Assembly (NCBI GenBank): GCA_022818785.1
Contig: CP063811.1
Coordinates: forward strand, 325,158-356,233
DNA: 31,076 bases
Source of the DNA: Bacteroides sp.
GTDB taxonomy: Bacteria > Bacteroidota > Bacteroidia > G022818785
Direction: 5' to 3'
The notes beneath the pieces are model-generated. The model made no database searches, was not told the origin of the DNA, and worked only from the letters and a program-made list of their open reading frames with translations. Both the position numbers and the translations under genes were made by a program. The stretch's first letter is position 1. Every line of letters starts with the position of its first letter. Shown piece by piece: positions 30,420 to 31,076 of this stretch.

Positions 30420-31076
30420 TTATTTTTTTTTTACAAAAAATTCTCTAATACAAATTAATATTCCTATTATCATAAAAGGAATACTTAAAATTTGACCTAT
30501 TGTAAATATAATTAAAATATTTAATCTATCATCTTTAAAATATTCTAACAAAAATCTAGATATAGAAAGTAGTATAATAACAATTGAAGATATAAAGTTT
30601 TTAGAAATTTTGTTTTTTTTATGAATATTATATATAAATATAAATATTATTAAATATGTTAATGATTCATATAATTGTACTGGATGTCTAGGCATATTAT
30701 CTACATTAGCAAATATAAAAGCATATTTAAATTTTGTAATTTTTCCTATTATTTCTGAATTAATTAAGTTTGCTAATCTTATAATGCTACAAAACAAAGG
30801 AGATATTATAGTAATAAGATTTATAATATTACAAAATTTAACATTATTATTTACTGAAAATAAATACAATCCAATACATAATCCTATAAAACCACCATGA
30901 CTTGATAGCCCTCCATTCCATATATAGCATATTTCTGGTATATTGGTAAAATAATATTGAGGTTCATAAAATATACAATAACCTATTCTTGATCCAATTA
31001 ATACACTTATTACACAATAAAATTCTAATTTATCAATTAAATTAATTGATATACAAAAATCCCTAATTATTTTTTT
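30420..31076 (-). CDS. lgt: prolipoprotein diacylglyceryl transferase (3' part; start lies beyond window end)
   Basis: Frame is open from 31076: ...IGSRIGYCIFYEP...IWNGGLSSHGG...RLANLINSEIIG...RHPVQLYES...SRFLLEYFK. Confidence 0.95.
   Translation of the reverse strand, partial: KKIIRDFCISINLIDKLEFYCVISVLIGSRIGYCIFYEPQYYFTNIPEICYIWNGGLSSHGGFIGLCIGLYLFSVNNNVKFCNIINLITIISPLFCSIIRLANLINSEIIGKITKFKYAFIFANVDNMPRHPVQLYESLTYLIIFIFIYNIHKKNKISKNFISSIVIILLSISRFLLEYFKDDRLNILIIFTIGQILSIPFMIIGILICIREFFVKKK

Noticed and set aside
30420-30869. lgt as a truncated 149-aa protein
   Set aside because: The frame stays open with Lgt motifs to the window edge; the gene is simply cut by the window
1-31076. Absence of Shine-Dalgarno sequences and TTG/GTG starts (4004, 5963, 8384)
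   Set aside because: SD-independent initiation is normal for Bacteroidota, and alternative starts are ordinary
1-31076. CRISPR arrays, IS elements, prophage, tRNAs, riboswitches, defence or toxin loci
   Set aside because: No spaced repeats, transposase/integrase motifs or cloverleaf structures were seen; nearly all sequence is accounted for by recognisable genes, and the remaining spacers are about 110 nt or shorter

Overview
Gene-dense, extremely AT-rich (about 20% GC by eye) chromosomal segment of a genome-reduced Bacteroidota bacterium, most likely an obligate host-associated endosymbiont. A Sphingobacteriaceae-like origin is an inference from protein features. The window holds about 34 housekeeping and biosynthetic genes (mnmG partial, dnaG, tatD, DHH/nrnA, ndk, DUF721/dciA, ruvX, def, nifU-like, ahpD-ahpC, clpX-clpP, serA-like dehydrogenase, histone-H1-like protein, dapA, DUF6913-like, ligA, aroQ, dnaX, rplS, murA, alr, ilvDBNC, an M16 peptidase pair, sdhCAB, lgt partial) plus the RNase P RNA gene rnpB. 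I saw no mobile elements, CRISPR arrays, tRNA/rRNA or defence systems, and no clearly novel multi-gene system. Most notable points: (1) the essential NAD-dependent DNA ligase is frameshifted exactly at an A10 tract, and one extra A restores a 678-aa protein (transcriptional-slippage rescue or a homopolymer sequencing error); (2) alr carries only a C-terminal remnant of the MurF half of the Bacteroidota MurF-Alr fusion; (3) dnaX is gamma-sized with no tau extension; (4) an unlisted 58-aa two-helix membrane ORF lies just upstream of dnaX; (5) rnpB has an all-AU P1 helix overlapping a convergent gene, and near-palindromic double -7 promoter boxes recur at divergent gene junctions.
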